Part shown: positions 51,095-52,532 of the stretch, piece by piece
How the letters are laid out: the number at the start of each line of letters is the position of its first letter
Position numbering within the stretch: position 1 is the stretch's first letter
Assembly (NCBI GenBank): GCA_964556105.1
Contig: CAZKWG010000001.1
Location: 1-52,532 of the forward strand
Source of the DNA: an uncultured Enterobacterales bacterium
GTDB lineage: Bacteria; Myxococcota_A; UBA796; CAZKWG01
DNA: 52,532 bases
Direction: 5' to 3'
Notes under the pieces: model-generated
What the model saw: only the letters and a program-made list of their open reading frames with translations
Database searches by the model: none
Told to the model about the DNA's origin: nothing
Program-made: the position numbers and the translations under genes

Positions 51095-52532
51095 GTGTCG
51101 GGGATCGCGGGAATCGTCCAGCTCGGCGCGCCTCCGGATCGGGACGCGCTGCGTCCGGTCTCCGACGCGCTCGCGCACCGGGGATCGGCGTGCGAGCAGC
51201 TCTTCGAGGATGGGGGCGCGCTGCTCGTCCAGCGCAGCACGTCGGCGAGCGCCACGCTCTCGACGACGGATCGCCTCGCGGCGGCCTTGGATGGGCGCTT
51301 GTCGCGGGTGGAGAGCGGGGTGCAGCCGCCCGGCGAGGCGGGCCGCCTGCTCGTGGCCTGGGAGAGCTCCGGCGTGGACGCGATCCCCGAGCTGGAGGGC
51401 TCCTTCGCCTTCGCCCTCTGGGAGCGCCAGGCGCAGGTCCTCTGGCTCGGGCGCGACGCGTTCGGGACGCGCCCGCTCTTCTGGACGCGCATGGGGGGAA
51501 AGCTCGCCTTCGCCTCGGAGATCGGCGCGCTGCTGAGGCTGCCCTGGGTCGGTCGGGACATCGCCTCCGAACACCTCGCCGAGTACCTCAGCTTTCGGTA
51601 TGTCCACGCCCCGCGCACGCTGCTGCGGGACGTACACGCCGTGCCCCCGGGCCACGTCCTGCGCGTGGACGCCTCCGGCCCGCGCCTGCGGCGCTGGTAC
51701 GCGCCCTCCTGGTCGGCCCCGAACGCCGCGGTGCCAGCGGAGCGGTCGACCGCGGGGAAGGTGGACGACGCCCTGCGCCGCGCCGTCGGGCGCCTGAGCT
51801 CGGACGGACCGGTCGGCGTGCTGCTGAGCGGCGGGCTGGACTCCTCGAGCATCCTCTTCCACGCCCGCGCCGGCGCGCGGCCGCCGATCGCCTTCACGGT
51901 CGCCCTCGGCTCGGATCCGGCCGACGAGTCCCCCTTCGCCGGGCGGGTCGCGCGGGTCCTCGACGTGGAGCACGTGCTGGTCCGGGTGGACGGCGACACG
52001 GTGGTCCAGGAGCTCGACCGCGCCTCGGCGCGCATGGGTCAGCCGCTTCCGACCGCCGCGGCGGTGCTGCAGGGTGTGCTCTACCGGGAGGCGGGGCAGC
52101 GCGTGCGGGCGCTGCTGAGCGGCGACGGCGGTGACGAGGTGCTGGGCGGGCGCTCCATCGAGCAGATCGCCGGGCGCGTGCGGGCGGCGCAGGCCCTCTC
52201 CCGGCTGCCCATCGGCCTTCGCACGCTGGGGCGGGCGGCGGCGCGGCGCTCGGGGCGCGATGACCTGACGACCGGCCCCGAGCACTACGGGCTGCTGCAG
52301 CGGCTCGGCGGCTCGAGCGTCTTCGACCACGAGGCGCGCGCGGCCCTGCTCAACGATCCCGGCCTGATCCGCGCCGGCCAGCGACGCTCCCTGCTCGAGC
52401 CGCTCTACCGCGAGGTCGACACGGACCCGATCAACGAGGTCCTCCACGTCTGGCAGCGCGGCTGGCTGCCCGAGGACAGCCTGGCGCGCAGCGATCGCGT
52501 CGCCTCCCACGCGGGCCTCGAGGTGCGCTACC
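51095..52532 (+). CDS. asparagine-synthase (AsnB)-family amidotransferase, 5' partial (runs off the window), with N-terminal Ser in place of the nucleophile Cys
   Basis: This ORF is not in the supplied track because it has no stop in the window. I translated the frame by hand from GTG 51095 (GGGAGG 4 nt upstream) and found no stop through 52532. The motifs are SGIAGIV, LGRDAFGTRPLFW, PP-loop LLSGGLDSS (51827-51847), SGDGGDEVLGG and SDRVASHAGLEVRY. Confidence 0.85.
   Translation, partial: MSGIAGIVQLGAPPDRDALRPVSDALAHRGSACEQLFEDGGALLVQRSTSASATLSTTDRLAAALDGRLSRVESGVQPPGEAGRLLVAWESSGVDAIPELEGSFAFALWERQAQVLWLGRDAFGTRPLFWTRMGGKLAFASEIGALLRLPWVGRDIASEHLAEYLSFRYVHAPRTLLRDVHAVPPGHVLRVDASGPRLRRWYAPSWSAPNAAVPAERSTAGKVDDALRRAVGRLSSDGPVGVLLSGGLDSSSILFHARAGARPPIAFTVALGSDPADESPFAGRVARVLDVEHVLVRVDGDTVVQELDRASARMGQPLPTAAAVLQGVLYREAGQRVRALLSGDGGDEVLGGRSIEQIAGRVRAAQALSRLPIGLRTLGRAAARRSGRDDLTTGPEHYGLLQRLGGSSVFDHEARAALLNDPGLIRAGQRRSLLEPLYREVDTDPINEVLHVWQRGWLPEDSLARSDRVASHAGLEVRY

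Noticed and set aside
51071-52510. 479-aa minus-strand and 314-aa plus-strand ORFs at the 3' end of the window
   Set aside because: Both are Arg/Ala/Gly/Pro-rich. A third frame is absent from the track because it has no stop within the window. It encodes a clean AsnB-family protein with PP-loop and glutaminase-domain motifs.
1-52532. Search for tRNA, rRNA, IS elements, integrases, prophage genes and CRISPR arrays
   Set aside because: Every intergenic gap is shorter than about 190 bp, and none shows cloverleaf-compatible structure. No ORF has transposase, integrase or phage hallmarks. I noticed no long inverted or direct terminal repeats. This was a visual scan only, and a covariance-model search (tRNAscan/Infernal) would be needed for certainty.

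Overview
This is a high-GC bacterial chromosomal segment (roughly 70 % G+C, estimated by eye). It holds about 45 tightly packed protein-coding genes. I found no rRNA, tRNA, CRISPR array, transposase, integrase or prophage. The gene content suggests a Myxococcota-like organism, which is inference only: many lipobox lipoproteins, a Hanks-type Ser/Thr kinase with a very large Pro/Ala linker, FG-GAP and Cys-rich secreted modules, a FIST sensor and a GldF/GldG-like ABC-2 system. Housekeeping anchors are infA, the def-fmt-rpe operon, ruvX, cinA and an asnB-like gene that runs off the 3' edge. Most long ORFs in the supplied track are Arg/Ala/Pro/Gly-rich shadow frames of the real genes. Several real genes needed their starts moved to internal ATG/GTG codons supported by Shine-Dalgarno sequences and signal peptides. 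The strongest candidate for an undescribed system is a four-gene operon at 10881-15725. It has its own AT-rich promoter and encodes a signal-less M91/NleD-like HExxH metallopeptidase (with an N-terminal 11-residue Trp/Asp repeat array and a His/Asp tail), a small lipoprotein, a small TPR-like cytoplasmic protein and a B12-binding radical SAM enzyme with a CX4CX2C cluster motif. Other leads include an orphan Dam-family adenine methyltransferase next to infA, a translationally coupled triple-lipoprotein operon (3343-7110) and a kinase / FG-GAP / STAS operon. Further leads are a terminator-bounded DegT aminotransferase plus SPASM-type radical SAM cassette, an ABC exporter that seems to need a non-canonical AUC start and is coupled to a lipoprotein flavin amine oxidase, and an AsnB-like enzyme whose N-terminal nucleophile Cys is replaced by Ser. 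All family calls come from motif recognition by eye. No database search or computation was run.
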